Assembly: GCF_964355755.1 (NCBI RefSeq)
Contig: NC_092671.1
Span: 10,664,001 to 10,728,000, forward strand
Source of the DNA: Antedon mediterranea
Lineage: Eukaryota; Animalia; Echinodermata
Direction of reading: 5' to 3'
Length of the DNA: 64,000 nucleotides
Part shown: positions 27,001-40,081 of the stretch, piece by piece
Layout of the letters: the number at the start of each line of letters is the position of its first letter
Numbering within the stretch: position 1 is the first letter of the stretch
The notes under the pieces: generated by a model
Databases searched by the model: none
What the model saw: the letters and a program-made list of their open reading frames with translations, nothing else
Told to the model about the DNA's origin: nothing
Position numbers and translations under genes: made by a program

Positions 27001-30000
27001 GATTACAGCTAAATTTACAGGCAGCACTGGACTACTCAAGGTAAATAAAAATAAGATACAGAAATCTCTCCCAACTCAACACCCTTGGACTGGCCTAATA
27101 TATCTGGTTTTTTTTACAGAAATTCTGTAATTCCAAATGTGTTTTTATTGGTATGAAAGTATTTGGGACCTTTTTGAGTCTGGTTTTGAGAGAATTTCTG
27201 GTTTTTAGAGGATTTATGGGTTTTAGAGAATCTGGTATTTAGAGAGTGAACTGAAGTTATAACTTTCAAAACAGTTACACACAATAACAATTATGAATTA
27301 TATGTCATCCTTATTTCTGCAGAGCAGCATCCAAGCCACTCTATAACAAACCTTACAATTTAATTTACTTTGTTTCAGTCTATAACCACAAAGACAGATT
27401 TGAAAGAGACAAGTACTGAAGTGCAGTTTGTGACCTACGGAACAACTATTAAGAAAGATAAGAGTGGCGCGTATTTGTTTATGCCAGATGGAGATGCTCA
27501 GGTAACTAAATTATTCTTATTAAATTCGCTACTAATGTTTGCTACTAATGTTTGCTAGTAAAGTTAGGTTTGAGGTACACCATGTGTTAAAAAAAAAAAG
27601 TAAAGTTGACTAAGTCTCGACGTTTCAATTCTAACCTCGATTTAAAATAAATTTATTTCTCTACAAAATCTTCTGTATTAATAATAATATACAGTAACTA
27701 ATATCTGTTGAAAAAAGCACTTGTAAGCAAAGTTGAATTTGTCTGGTACTCCAAGCAACATAATAAATATGTTATGCTACTATCATCACCTGTAATGATT
27801 CTGGACAACCAACTTTACTTGCTTAGTATTACCTCACAAGATAATTGTAGCAATACACACCTTATAAAGTTTGCTACTAAAGAATGTTCTTGTACTAAAA
27901 TGGAAGATGCATGTCACCTGTCATTAATAATTATTTACCTTGAAAAACTTGTTTTTAGCTTTTTATTATATCTATTCTTCTTCTATTAATTATTTACCTT
28001 TTAGCTTTTTATTATACCCATACATCTTCTGTTGTTGTCATCAGATTTATTTAACTGGTGTAATGTAGTGTATTGACTGAATGAATTTTGTTTCTTCCTC
28101 CAGCCGTTGCAGACTGACCGTCCATTCATACGTGTTATTCGTGGTCAGTTATTATCAGAGGTTCATGTTATCATTGATAAAGTCTCGCACATCGTTAGAC
28201 TTCCAAAATCTGCTGGTAAGCCGTTCATCTATTACTGTACAACCATATTTTGTTTTCCACCAACAGAACCCAAAGATTGTGGAATAGTTAATATTTTTTA
28301 TAACATATACTCTCTTAGGTGTGGATGGATGCAGTTTGGAAATTGAAAATATAGTTGATATTCGATCTGTTAGAAATCGTGAATTAGTCATGAGATTAAA
28401 GTCAGGAATAGAAAATGAGGACAAAATCTTCTACACGGACTTAAATGGATTTCAGGTAATTATTTTTTACTAAACTCTACTCCTTTCCATTCTAATTGAG
28501 AACTGATTTTGAGTCATTATGTAATAATTGATATACAGTATATATGAAATATTATCATCATTATAATTGTTATAATTTATTTTATTTACTCAAATCATAT
28601 ATCACTTTTTTAATTCTTAGGTTCAAAAAAGAAAAACGTTATCAAAGCTTCCAATACAAGGCAATTTTTATCCAATGGTAAGCATGGCATACGTGGAGGA
28701 CAAAACATCACGGCTTACTTTACACTCTGGCCAAACCTTAGCTTCAGCAAGTCTTCAAAAAGGTAAGTTATTCGTTTAACATTACACATGATAAAAGAAT
28801 GATTATACATCACTTGACTAGCCAACACTAAATATAGAATCAAATGGAATGTGTTCATGTTTATTGTTTGTTACAGCAGTTAGTGGTAGCGGTTTTAAAC
28901 TTTGCAAACAATCTAGTTGAGATAGAAAATTGAAATTTTGGATTACCTTGGATATGACAATTCAAAGAGTTTGTTTTTATAGGTTGGCTAGAGGTGATTA
29001 TGGACAGGAGACTAATGCAAGATGACAATAGAGGGCTCCAACAAGGTGTAACAGATAACAAGAGAACTCTAAATAAATTTCGACTTTTATTAGAAAGACG
29101 GGAGAAAGGAGATGACACAGCTGTAAGTCTTTTGTATTAAATAATATCAGGTGACCTGGTAAATGTGCCACGTCTAATCTAAGTGCATATCAAATAAACA
29201 CGCTAATGTGTTTCTCACTCTGGCGAGTGAGAGGTCTTTACTCTATGTAATAATTTTATGTAATGATGTCTAAATTTTATTATCTTTTTTTAAAGTCTTA
29301 TATATGAAATTGTTTTTAATTTATTAAGCATGCAGCATTTTATTCATCTTTCCTGGAATGTTTCATTCATCTTTCCTGTAATGTAAATCATGCCATACTT
29401 TTATCTTTTGAATTTCACAGAAAACCTCATATCCCGTGGGCTACCCATCCTTACTAAGTCACGCGACATCACTGATTACAAACCACCCAGTATATATTCA
29501 CACTGCAATATCACAACATGCTAATGAAGCTAAGATATTACCAGAGTTTGAGATATTCCAGACGCCGCTACCGTGCGATATTCATTTATTAAATCTGAGG
29601 ACGCGGGTAGATCAGACGAAGAGTGCGGTGACAGCGAGAGACGAGTCGTTAGTGATATTACATCGGAGAGGTTTTGATTGTTCGTTCCCAGGCCCAGCTT
29701 TAATGTGTAACACAGATGAGGGAGAGGTAAGTTGATATTAATAATATATTTGTAAATGTTGTTTACTTTTACAAATTTCTGAGCGGTGTTTTTTAGATGA
29801 CACGGTATCATTCTCTAGTATAATTTGTTTTTAATTATTTCATTAAAAAAAGATATACCTGTCAATGTGTTTATACACCAATAGATTCACTGATTATGTT
29901 TAAATAACATGGATGAAACTGACTCCAAATAACGAGAGGCAAGCCATGATTCAACGTTTCAATCTTTATTTGATCATCATCAGGAATGAACAATAATTCC

Positions 30001-30275
30001 AAAGGCAGACAATTATAACTACAGTACTATTCATAAGTATGTAATATACAGTAGTTGTAATTGCGATTGCTGTTTTGAAATATTATATTATCATAATACT
30101 ACAATAAACTTTTTTTTTTCAGGTCACAGTTAACCAACTTCTAAAGAGTTTACAAGTAACATATTTCAAACAAACTTCGCTGTCAGCTATGTACGATGGA
30201 GCTGAGCTAGCCCCAGATGCAAAAGTTACTATAGAACCGATGGAAATTAACACATACAAGGTCAAACTAGGTTGA
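18002..30275 (+). CDS. MAN2A1: Golgi alpha-mannosidase II (GH38; MAN2A1/MAN2A2 orthologue), about 1185 aa, 22 exons
   Basis: Exons 18002-18139, 20480-20833, 21245-21389, 22102-22273, 22720-22847, 23222-23395, 23709-23895, 24186-24363, 24679-24881, 25008-25190, 25690-25798, 25991-26061, 26181-26346, 26542-26678, 26941-27040, 27379-27501, 28104-28215, 28319-28455, 28621-28762, 28983-29122, 29421-29726 and 30123-30275. N-terminal type II TM anchor; motifs [10 protein letters not shown] (Zn), [16 protein letters not shown] (nucleophile), [28 protein letters not shown] and [12 protein letters not shown]. Confidence 0.96.
18179..20206. mobile_element. About 2-kb non-autonomous DNA transposon with about 50-bp TIRs and 8-bp TSD in MAN2A intron 1
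   Basis: Left TIR GGATCAGGTGCCGTTTTCGGCCACCTCAACTTGTATGGACTATACCATTAT (from 18191) matches the reverse complement of 20156-20206 with 2 mismatches. CACATTTT occurs at 18171-18178 and 20207-20214. No transposase ORF. Confidence 0.85.
18830..19245 (-). mobile_element. Degenerate LINE RT fragment (Rex1/Babar- or CR1/L2-like) nested in the DNA element
   Basis: Minus-strand frameshifted peptides [38 protein letters not shown]-like, [10 protein letters not shown] and DKDRIEKV. Confidence 0.7.
21392..21695 (+). mobile_element. tRNA-derived SINE with Deu/Nin-type central domain
   Basis: A-box TGGCCGAGTGG (21399), B-box GGTTCGAGAC (21454) and acceptor-stem pairing GAGTAAG/CTTGCTC. The central TCGGATAAAGACTATAAACCGTAGGTCC...TAAAGAACC resembles the DeuSINE/Nin domain. 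AT-rich repeated tail. Confidence 0.8.
23438..23579. mobile_element. Harbinger/Tourist-like MITE family A copy
   Basis: Degenerate TIR CTCTGTCTA(A)ACTATCAAA...TTTGATTGTTTAGACAAAGCT and the shared internal GATGTGCCCATATATGGAC...CACTACCATATTTGG core. Confidence 0.8.
23962..24039. mobile_element. MITE family A, internally deleted hairpin copy
   Basis: TTA|AGCTCTGTCTACACTATCAAA...TTTGATAGTGTAGACAGAGCT|TTA; perfect TIRs and 3-bp TSD. Confidence 0.88.
25516..25643. mobile_element. MITE family A, partial copy
   Basis: Left TIR AGCTCTGTCTACACTATCAAA plus the internal core; right TIR missing. Confidence 0.8.
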
Positions 30276-33106
30276 GATATGCTAACGTGGGTTTTAATTT
30301 TTGCCAAAATAGAATTGTTCTGTCACCGAATCAATTAATATTTATTAAAAATCATTGTGATATAAATATATATAAAGCCATATTCAAAGTGGTTGGTTTT
30401 CTACTGAAGCAAATTGGCATATAAAATATGTATTGGGATTCAAACCTCTTTTCAAAGGTAATTTAAAAAAAACACAGCCTGAAATGTTGCTGCTGTAGGA
30501 GTTATCCAAAAATCTTGGTTAAATTTAGGTAATTTATTCTCAAATCAATAACTAAATAAATTCCAAATAAGGACAAACATGAAGGATTTTTTTTTTGTTA
30601 ACATTATTTTTTTCTCTTTTTTTATACATTATGCAAGGCTAAATTTTACGCTAATAATGCATATTGATTGCAATTATTGTGACTTTTGTTTTCAGTTTGT
30701 GTGATTAAGTAAGAACTGTGAAAGATTTTTTTTAATAGATTTTCATAGATTTAATTTTTCTATTTTGCATACAGATGTTAAATTAATGTTGTAGGCCAGT
30801 GATGTTTTAATGTAGGTTATGTGTTTTTAAGGATAAATTTGATTTAAGTACTGTCAACTTTTCCAACACATTTGAGTTGGTCTAATAATATCTGGTTTTC
30901 CAGCTGGTAATTTGTGTTTATAATGGTTAAAAACAAATGTGACCTTTGGAAGTTTATGGTTTTCAGAGAGTCCGGAAATTTTTTTATATATACTGTACTG
31001 TATATGATGTGTTCCGCCCATGTTCGACCTTTAAGTAGTAGTTTGATTGTCGGCGATCTTAAAGCCAAACGCATTGCAGTAGGCACTATTATCGCTTTAA
31101 TATTTTATTTTATGGATTTAATTATTTAAATATTTACTTTTTTTGGTTTCTTTTCATAAAATGTTTACATTTGATAGTTGTGATTACAAAGACAAAATTA
31201 GGTAACCTTATTTTTATTAGGAAAGCGTAATTAATGCACAGAACCCAACAAGAATCATGTGCTGGAACTTAACATGTTATAAAAAGTAATTGAGTTTAGG
31301 TTATTAAATAATTAGATAACTCCTAGTGATGGTGACATCTATGTTGTATGTTTTACTTTATGAATGTTACCTAGGCTTGAAAACATAGCAAAATCAGTGT
31401 GCAATTTAGGCCTTAACAGTACAGAGATTAGGAATTTCCGGAGGATTCTAGGTCCTGGCAACGACACAATTTTTATGGGGGTCATAGGTCATTGCAATCA
31501 AAATCTCCTTATTGGCTTCTTGTGGTTTTGTGTATTTCTAGTAAATTGAAATCTAATATATCTTGAAAATAATACTTAAAGTAAAAGTATTCACCCCCAA
31601 TATGTAACTGTATTGTGACTAAGTTAAAGATGTTTGTCTATTATCAAAATGCTCTATTTATAACTGTTTTTAATTCACTTACTTTGATAGTGTAGGGGTA
31701 AGGCAATGTGGTGATATCCAATAATGTCGTAATTATTCTATATATTTCTGAGAAAGAATTGTTTAAGAAAAAGGTGTCATTTTTTGTATCATCTTGTTGG
31801 TGTTGGGATCCTATACCCCAACTCTTTCCTTCAGTAATATACTCATTCATTGCATGATCAACAAATAAAAGCCAGTGTGTTACATCTTCTGATCATATTA
31901 TACATTGTAAATACATTAATATAAATTATTCTATGATTATTATTATTATTATCTAGTATGTGTAATCTCAGTATTATAAAATCAAATGCGTTGTACTTAA
32001 TTTAATTAATTTTATATGTTATATCTTTTTTAGGAATTAATTTACAGAATAATAGCTGAAATACATTCTTAATATATTTTATGTGGCATGTCGCAACTCT
32101 ATATACCATACTTATATGTTATTACCATACAGATAATCTATTAATGTGGCGTACTCGAGTATGGTATGGTAATTATTTATTAATTTAGATTTGTTAGGGT
32201 CTGGTTTTTTTTTCTGTTACTACCTTATATGAACAATTATTATTACAGTGTGTGTACTGTATATATAAGATATATATTGTTATTTAAATATAATTATGTA
32301 CAGACATTCACTACTCAGTACTGGCAAACAATACACAAATCTTGAAATGAAAATAACATGTATATAAACTATATCTAGGATGTACATAGCAGGATGTATC
32401 TTTTTACGGAAAATTAAATTCAATTGACAAATCATATGCCTGCTGTTTCTATGAATCATATTGTATAATCAGATTGTGGTCGTCGTGACTAAAAAAGTAA
32501 AAAAAAATGTCAATGATAATTGGTGGGGTAGGGGAAGTAACAACATTTTGCAGTAGGCCTATTTATTCACTATACAATGCACAATTTAAATTTTTTATGG
32601 AAAAAACCCCACCAAATGTAGGTGGCGCACTCCATAAGGATAATGTTTACGTTGATGAAAGCTTTTTGCTACGTTTGTGAATGAAAGACGAACATTAAAA
32701 TGACAGATAAGTTTAGGCTAGGGGTTGTGTAATTGTGTAAGCTATTGCTATATACAGTAGCATTACTTTCTGTTTTATTTCTGTAAAAAGACTGATGATA
32801 TTGTAGCAAAACTGTAAGATAAATCCTTCTTAACTTAGGCCTAGCTGTTAGGCCGTCTTTTTGTGTTTCTGCAACATCGTCATCGCGGAAAGAATCGACT
32901 TTGACCAGCGATGTGATCCAGTGACCTGTAAGCCTAGCCTAAAAATACACACGACACTGGTGGTTTCATTAAATGTAACAACGTATTTAATGTTATTTAT
33001 CTTCTTCAACTTCAAGCCTTCGTAATCCAGGATCGGTCCTGTAATCAATAATATAGACCTATTTTAATTACTTATTTTTGACTTAAACTGAAATAAACGT
33101 TTTGAG

Positions 33107-36100
33107 ATGGGAGTGAATAGCAGTAGCATTAGTGAACTTAGTACAAATGAAAGTTTAAAAATTCTTGCTGGAACTAAAGTAATCACAGAAGATGACCCAT
33201 TTTGGAACAAACTATTGTCTTTTAAATTTCTGCCACCGCAAACAATTGCTGATGCACGACTTTTAGAAGAAGCTACAAACTCAATTTGTAAACATTTAAG
33301 TAAGTATTTCTGTATTAAAGTTTTATTTATTACTTTGTGTTATATGGATATCATATTTTCCTTTTAGCGTAGGCCATTAATACTAAAATTAAACGCCAAA
33401 ACATTCAAATTATGTGTTTGTTCTTGTCTTCTTTTTCAGCCAACAATAACCCTCACACAGGCAACTTTTGTTCCTTAGTCAAGGTATTCTTAAGGAGAGC
33501 TGATGAACTCAAGACATCAACCCAGTGCAATGAGTAAGAATAAATATATTTAGGCCTATCAACAGTAAACTATTTATATTCCTAGCTACACTCATAGATC
33601 ATTAGATTATAGAATCTCAGATCCCCAGAATCTCAAATCATCAAAGAAAGTTATTGGCTCTAGTCTTTGTGGGTCGTAGTGGGTTGAGACTTCACTTCCA
33701 CCCAGACTAACTCACCACAGCACCCATTCCCCAGGGTATGTATGTATTCTGTATTTATTCTGACTCACCCTTATTGTAACTTCTTCACACCCATACTTCT
33801 TTAGCTGCATCTCTGCTCTTTAAATGTGAACAAAGTGAACAGTGTAATGTAAAATTACTTAATTCATTTATTATCAGTAGAAATTATTTCAGTAATTAGT
33901 TCATTAATAACAATTTCATTTCTTTTTATTATTCTATAGTTATTTGTTTACATGGCAAACTTACAATGCATTATTTATCATTCGCTCTGTTTGTAAATAT
34001 ATGCTGGAGAACATTTCGGAAGGTAGAATAAAACAGCAATTCAGTGTTGCCGTTCCAAAAGAGGGCGCTACAAGACCAAATGGTGAATCACAGTGCCTTC
34101 TTGAGGAATTCCTAAATGCAGTTATCAAAATTCTTATTGAAGTGCCAGTGTTGTAAGTATGATGAGAAACTACATTTAAACACTATTAAATTCTTTGTAT
34201 TTTATGCAATTTAGTTTTAGTCTTTTTCCAATAATAGAAAATAAACCCATCAACACTGTTGGCTATTTTTTGAGAAATGAATTAAGTATTACAGTTTTTT
34301 TACTTTAGTGTGTTAGTCTTTAAATGTTTATATTTATTTTCTGTTGTGTTTTTCTACAGAGATTTCACATACATGCTTCACTTAGAGGGCATAACACTGC
34401 TGTTAGTAATGCTTTCTCTTCAGATGTTCATTCCTCGTGTCTCGCATGAAAGCATCATATACCAGTTACTGATGACATCATCATGGTTAGTATAATACTA
34501 CAGCTGTGTATACACTATCAAGCTTTATGTTTAAAAAAATGTGCCTATATATGGACATGATGATGTCATATCACTACCATATTGAAGCATATCACGTTTT
34601 TTGTCAAACTAGTTTGACAGTGTAGACAGAACACCATAACATTCAGTTCAATCCTTTTCTCTATTAATGATAAAGTAAAACCTATTTATTATATTCTGTT
34701 ATATTTCTATACATAGTTCAAAGGATGCACATATCTTAATCAAGACATTGCTGGATCACTTCATCGAACAAAAATTATGTCCTGACTCTCCATTTGGAAC
34801 TGATCAATCAGGAGGTGGCTTCTTGTCTGGTGTGACCTCTGCTGTTGCAAGTAAGTGAGGCGGACCAACCAAATTTACTTTAAGGGGCTCAAAGCATAAA
34901 TGTAGGCAGTCATGGATATAGTGTGGAATAGATAATATTGTATGAGTGTAGCTGCTTTAAAGTACTGACAGTAGCATATTCTAAGAAGAATACTTACAAG
35001 AGGATTAAGTTTATTGCAATCCCCAAATAGACAGAAGGTTGTAAAACATTTTTAGAATTGTAGTGTAGCTGTAGCTTGGTGATTAACATGCTTGTCTTCC
35101 TATCCTAAAGCCTTGTCTACACTATCAAACTTTATGTGACAAAAAAATGTGATGTGCCCATGTATGGACATGATGATGCCATATCACTACTATTTTTGGC
35201 ATATCACTACCATATTTGGTCACATCACATTTTTTTGGTCAAACTAGTTGGATAGTGTAGACAGAGCTTAAATAACAGGGTTCAATCCTGACCTAGTGAC
35301 AGGGTTGTAACTCACACTTTCTAAGCCTCAAATGAGACTTTATAAGCACGATTAATTATTGTTTACTCATCCTGTAAATGGCGTTTCTTCCTGTTGAATG
35401 CTGGGTATTAAAAAACTGCTTGGACATTAGTAATTTATTTATGATGTATTGTTAGTCATAAAATCATCATAATTCCCAGAATGCTAATTTTCTTTTTATA
35501 TCATCTTAGGTGGTTTATGGACAGTGATGACATTAGGTTACGGTGCTCCAGCTGCTCAAGAGGAAAGTAAACCACTATTAGCCAATCAAAGTCTACTTCT
35601 GTTACTAGTATTAGGTAACCATGACGCCCATCATGGCGTTCAGAATCCATATCGTCATGCGTTGTGTACCTTTTCAAATTCACAAGGTAAAGTAAAATGC
35701 ATTGTTACTGTTTTTTTTACTATTTTAATAGTGGAGTTTTTTTAAAACTTGGTTTCCAGTTGGACACATCGTAGTAGACACAACACAAGTGAGTTGACCA
35801 ATCACTAGTGACAGTTCTGGTGATCCATCGTGTCAGGTACTTGTGGTGCACTTATGTCCTTGCATTTCATTCAGATTTATTTCACACAACATTTTGCCAA
35901 CCAGCACTATCAGGAGAGTCTTCTACAGCGATATTCTTTGCTTTTTGACAATCCGCCAAGATAGTGTCCTGTTTTTTCCCCTCGCCAACTGTCTTGCTTG
36001 TTTTATGTCATCTTTTTTGTTTTATTATATTTCTTATCTGGAAAATAAATGAATATGAATAATATAACACAGTAAAGTGAGAATCAATTGTATAAATAAC

Positions 36101-39100
36101 TAAACTAAAACTATATGTCTCATAATAACATTGCATTTTGTTTTCAGATGGTGGAGCAGCCAATAGCCTTACCGGTCATCTTCCACCTTTCAAACTAAAT
36201 TTTTCAAATTTGTATGAGGCTTTTTGTCGTAGATTCGACAGTGATCAAACAACGCTGTTATTTTATCTGTTATTACACCGAAACTCAAACTTTCGACAAT
36301 GTGTGCTGTCAAAAACGAATATTGACAACCTAGTAAGTAAAACTATGGTACCATTTTTTGTTTGAAATTTAATTGTGTTGTGTCATACTGCATAATATAA
36401 TCATCAAGCTCTTACACAGAATATAATAGGAAGGGGGTTCTTATTTTCACCAAAAAGGGGCATACTAGCATAAGTAAAGACTTGGGGACCAAAATCTGTA
36501 GAAAATGCTTTAGGCATAGCCTTGTATGTATTTTGACTGATTAGCCAAATTGCTTTGAGATATGCCAGCCTGTTTGATAGCACTTTCACTACTGGTTTCT
36601 AGATTGAAAAATGGCACTTCAGAAAAACGGCCCTGGATACTGGCTTGATCTGAAATAATGAAATATACCAATGTTTGTTTTCAGGTCCTTCCTCTTTTAA
36701 AAATCTTGTACAATGCACCAGAGAGTAACTCGCATCACATCTACATGGCACTGATTGTTCTTCTTATACTGAGTGAAGATGATGCTTTTAACAAATCAAT
36801 TCACGAAGTTGTAAGTATATTATTTTGGAATCGTTGAATTAATGATCGTGGGTTCCAATCCAATGCTCGTCGCATTGTTTGTATTCTGAGGCAAGATACT
36901 TTACTTATGTTTGCCTCTCTCCACCCAGATGTACAAATGGGTACCTGGTAAGGTCAAGACACAACTTTACGCTGATTACTAGCTGCATTAATAAAATGTA
37001 CAGCCCTTAACATTAGGTGCTGTATAAACTAGGATATTATTATTATATCAAGTTTGGTAACAGGTGTCTGCAGAAGCAGAAGACAGATCCAACGTTAGGG
37101 GGACTTTCAGCCAAGGCCTGCTACCCCGCCCCTAAATGTTGGTAAATACAATGCAAATGATGGAACAGTAGGTTATGTTTAACACTTAGTTCTACCTATT
37201 TTTAAGCCATCCACTCCCTATATTTACAAATCCTGGATGTGCCTCTGAATTTCAGTTTCTCATTTGTCATTAATTTATTAAAAACAGTTTCTTTTAACAT
37301 TTACATTTAGTGTTTTTATTATTTCTTAACTTATTATTTAACTGTTGTTATTTAATTTGAAATAATATGAATATTCATGAGTCATCAGGTTATCTTTGCA
37401 ATTTGGCTGGTAGTGTAAACAGCATAATGAATATTTTGTTTTGCAGTCTGTGAAGACAGTGCCATGGTACACAGAGCGAGCAATATCAGAGACAACCCTT
37501 GGTGGCCTTATAGTATTAGTAGTCATACGCACCATACAATATAATATGACTAGAATGAGAGTAAGTATTCTAATAATATGGTGTACGCAGTTGGACACCT
37601 ATTAAGGGACCTTTGGGACACAACAAAGTGTCCCCTTAATAGAGGTGTCCCCTGAATATAGTTGGCCGTAGTGTTACATACATTACTCCTTGTAACAGGA
37701 AAGTATCTATCACCTTACTAGGGTGACTCAATGTATAGCTTCTACTGTATGTGATCATATAACCAAGTTGAAATAATAATAAGCAAAACTCTTTGAAATG
37801 TACTCACACGCACATTAAAAAAATACTTGTTTTTGTTTATTTTCAGGACAAGTACTTGCATACAAATTGCCTGGCTGCATTGGCCAACATGTCCTCACAG
37901 TTTCATTCCCTACATCCTTATGTTACTCAGAGAATTGTCAGGTATGGTAACGGGAGACCACCTTGTTAGCTCTCGGCTCTTTTGGTCTACTTTTTAATTC
38001 TATTAATATTCATTAAAGTTTTTAAAAATTGTTTGTGAAGTATGATAAATAAAGAGGTTAAAATATTGCAATTGTATTGTATTGTATTGTAATCATTTTA
38101 ATATAATATGGTTGAGTAAGATTAAATTATTAAATAAGCTTATTTTGTATATACTACAGTTTGTTTGAGTTACTTAGCAAGAAACACGGCAAAATCATAG
38201 AACAGCTTTCAAATGGTTCGTCCACTGTGGCTACTAGCCACATGGACGAGCAAGACTATGTAAGTTATGAATTTTATGAGCATTATTAATAATATGAGCA
38301 GTTACATTAGTTATTAACATTGTGCAGCTGCTATGTCTACACTATCCAACTAGTTTGACAAAAAAAGTGTGATGTGCTCAAATATGGTAGTTATATGCCC
38401 AAATATGGTAGTGATATGCCCAAATATGGTAGTGATATGACATCATCATCACATAAAGTTTGATAGTGTAGACAGAGTTTTAGCTGTTAAATCATTATAA
38501 TTATTGCAATTACACAATATTAATTAATTTTTTCTTTTTTTTCTAGATGGCAGATCTAGCAGTTTTAGAAGAAGTATTGCGAATGGTGTTGGAGATTATC
38601 AATTCTTGCCTGACAAACACCATTCACCACAACCCTAACTTAGTATACACACTTCTCTACAAGAAACATTTATTTATGAGCTTTAAAACTAATTCTAAAT
38701 TTCAGGACATTATACAAAATATTGACACGGTAAGTGCTATTGTTGCAAATCAATATTTATTCATGTTTTTACTGGACTTAATGTTTGAAGAGCTTAACTT
38801 TAGCTCTGTCTACACTATCAAACTTAAATGTGATGTGCCCATATATGGACAAGATGATGTCATATCATTACCATGTTTGAGCATAGCAATACCATACTTG
38901 AGCATATCACTACCATGTTTGGGCACATCACACTTTACTTTAAAAGTTTCTATGCAAGTTTTTGTCCAGAATTAATTAAGCTCTACATAGGCTCATCCAG
39001 TTATATTGGTTACTTTATTGTTATACAGGTTATATATATAGACTACAGCTTAATTGAATTGTACTTGAAACAAACATTATGTTGATATAAATATATGTGG

Positions 39101-40081
39101 TGTACCACAAACCTGATATCAACAACAAACACTACTACTAGCATAACCAATAACTTTAAGGTTAACACCTATTTAACCCACCTTTTAAACCTAAGCTAAA
39201 TGATGTAAACACAATTCGTAATGAACACACCCCACCACACAAACCAAAACTAATATTTAAAAAAAAATATACAATCATTACTCCCTGACCTAATTAAAAG
39301 CAATCTATATTCTGATACTAAAAAAAACAAAATTACCAAATAATGATTATGAAGATTAGAAAACATAGTAAACAAATTTGCAATTACTGAAACGAGTAGA
39401 TGTCTTAATAGGGTTGTTTGTCATTTCAGGTGCTGTCATATTTCTCAGCTCGTTTAGACCAGCAATCAGACGGCAAAAACATGTCTGTTGATGAGGTATT
39501 GGATATCATAAGACAAGGCATGATGCTTTGGAATAAAGAAAGTTTAAGGGTGAGTTAGTACATACAAGAATAAGAAGCACACAGCACGGTATTTTAATTG
39601 GTCAGATGTTTGCCCAGCTCTGCCATAATTGTACTGTCATTTATCTTTACTTTTCTCCTTTCATATACTTTATATTTTTTATTAATAACCATTCAAATGC
39701 CTTGTGTTTCACTGGTGGCCTTAGTTTAAGTGACATTTTGTCCTATAAAGGCATCCTTCCATGTTATACTATTTCATTTTCATTTTGATCAACTTGTTTT
39801 ATTTTGTATATTATGGAAATTAAGTGAGTAGAGTAGAAGCGACTGTACTTTATATTAAGCATGGTTTTTAGTTAAGTGACAATTAACACAGATTTCTGAA
39901 TTTACAATTATCAAATATTTATGTTCCCTTAAAGAAATTTCCAGATTTGAAGTTCAAATATGTAGAAGAGGAGGAACCGGAGGAATTTTTCCTGCCTTAT
40001 GTGTGGTCGTTGGTGTATCATTCCTCCAACTTGTATTGGGATGCCGATCGTATTGAGCTGTTCAACCTTAATTCACAGTGA
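33107..40081 (+). CDS. DYM: Dymeclin (Golgi-associated, N-myristoylated), about 668 aa, 14 coding exons
   Basis: Exons 33107-33299, 33440-33533, 33940-34152, 34360-34485, 34717-34850, 35510-35686, 36148-36332, 36685-36810, 37447-37560, 37847-37941, 38160-38259, 38547-38729, 39430-39549 and 39935-40081. MGVNSS start (Gly2). Motifs [86 protein letters not shown] and [24 protein letters not shown]. Confidence 0.96.
34502..34630. mobile_element. MITE family A copy (DYM intron 4)
   Basis: Degenerate TIRs AGCTGTGTATACACTATCAA...TTTGACAGTGTAGACAGA and the family core. Confidence 0.78.
35109..35268. mobile_element. MITE family A, full-length copy inserted inside a tRNA-SINE head
   Basis: TAA|AGCCTTGTCTACACTATCAAACT...AGTTGGATAGTGTAGACAGAGCT|TAA. 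An A-box-like TAGCTTGGTGATTAA lies upstream (about 35072) and a B-box-like GGTTCAATCC downstream (about 35279). Confidence 0.85.
36845..37046 (+). mobile_element. Degenerate tRNA-derived SINE (Meta/V-type core) in DYM intron 8
   Basis: B-box-like GGTTCCAATCC; core GGCAAGATACTTTAC...CTCTCTCCACCCAGATGTACAAATGGGTACC; tail GCTGTATAAA...TATTATTATTAT. Confidence 0.6.
38330..38480. mobile_element. MITE family A copy (reverse orientation, DYM intron 11)
   Basis: GCTATGTCTACACTATCCAAC...TTTGATAGTGTAGACAGAG with three internal AAATATGGTAGT repeats. Confidence 0.82.
38802..38935. mobile_element. MITE family A, partial copy (DYM intron 12)
   Basis: Left TIR AGCTCTGTCTACACTATCAAACT plus core repeats. 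Confidence 0.78.
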
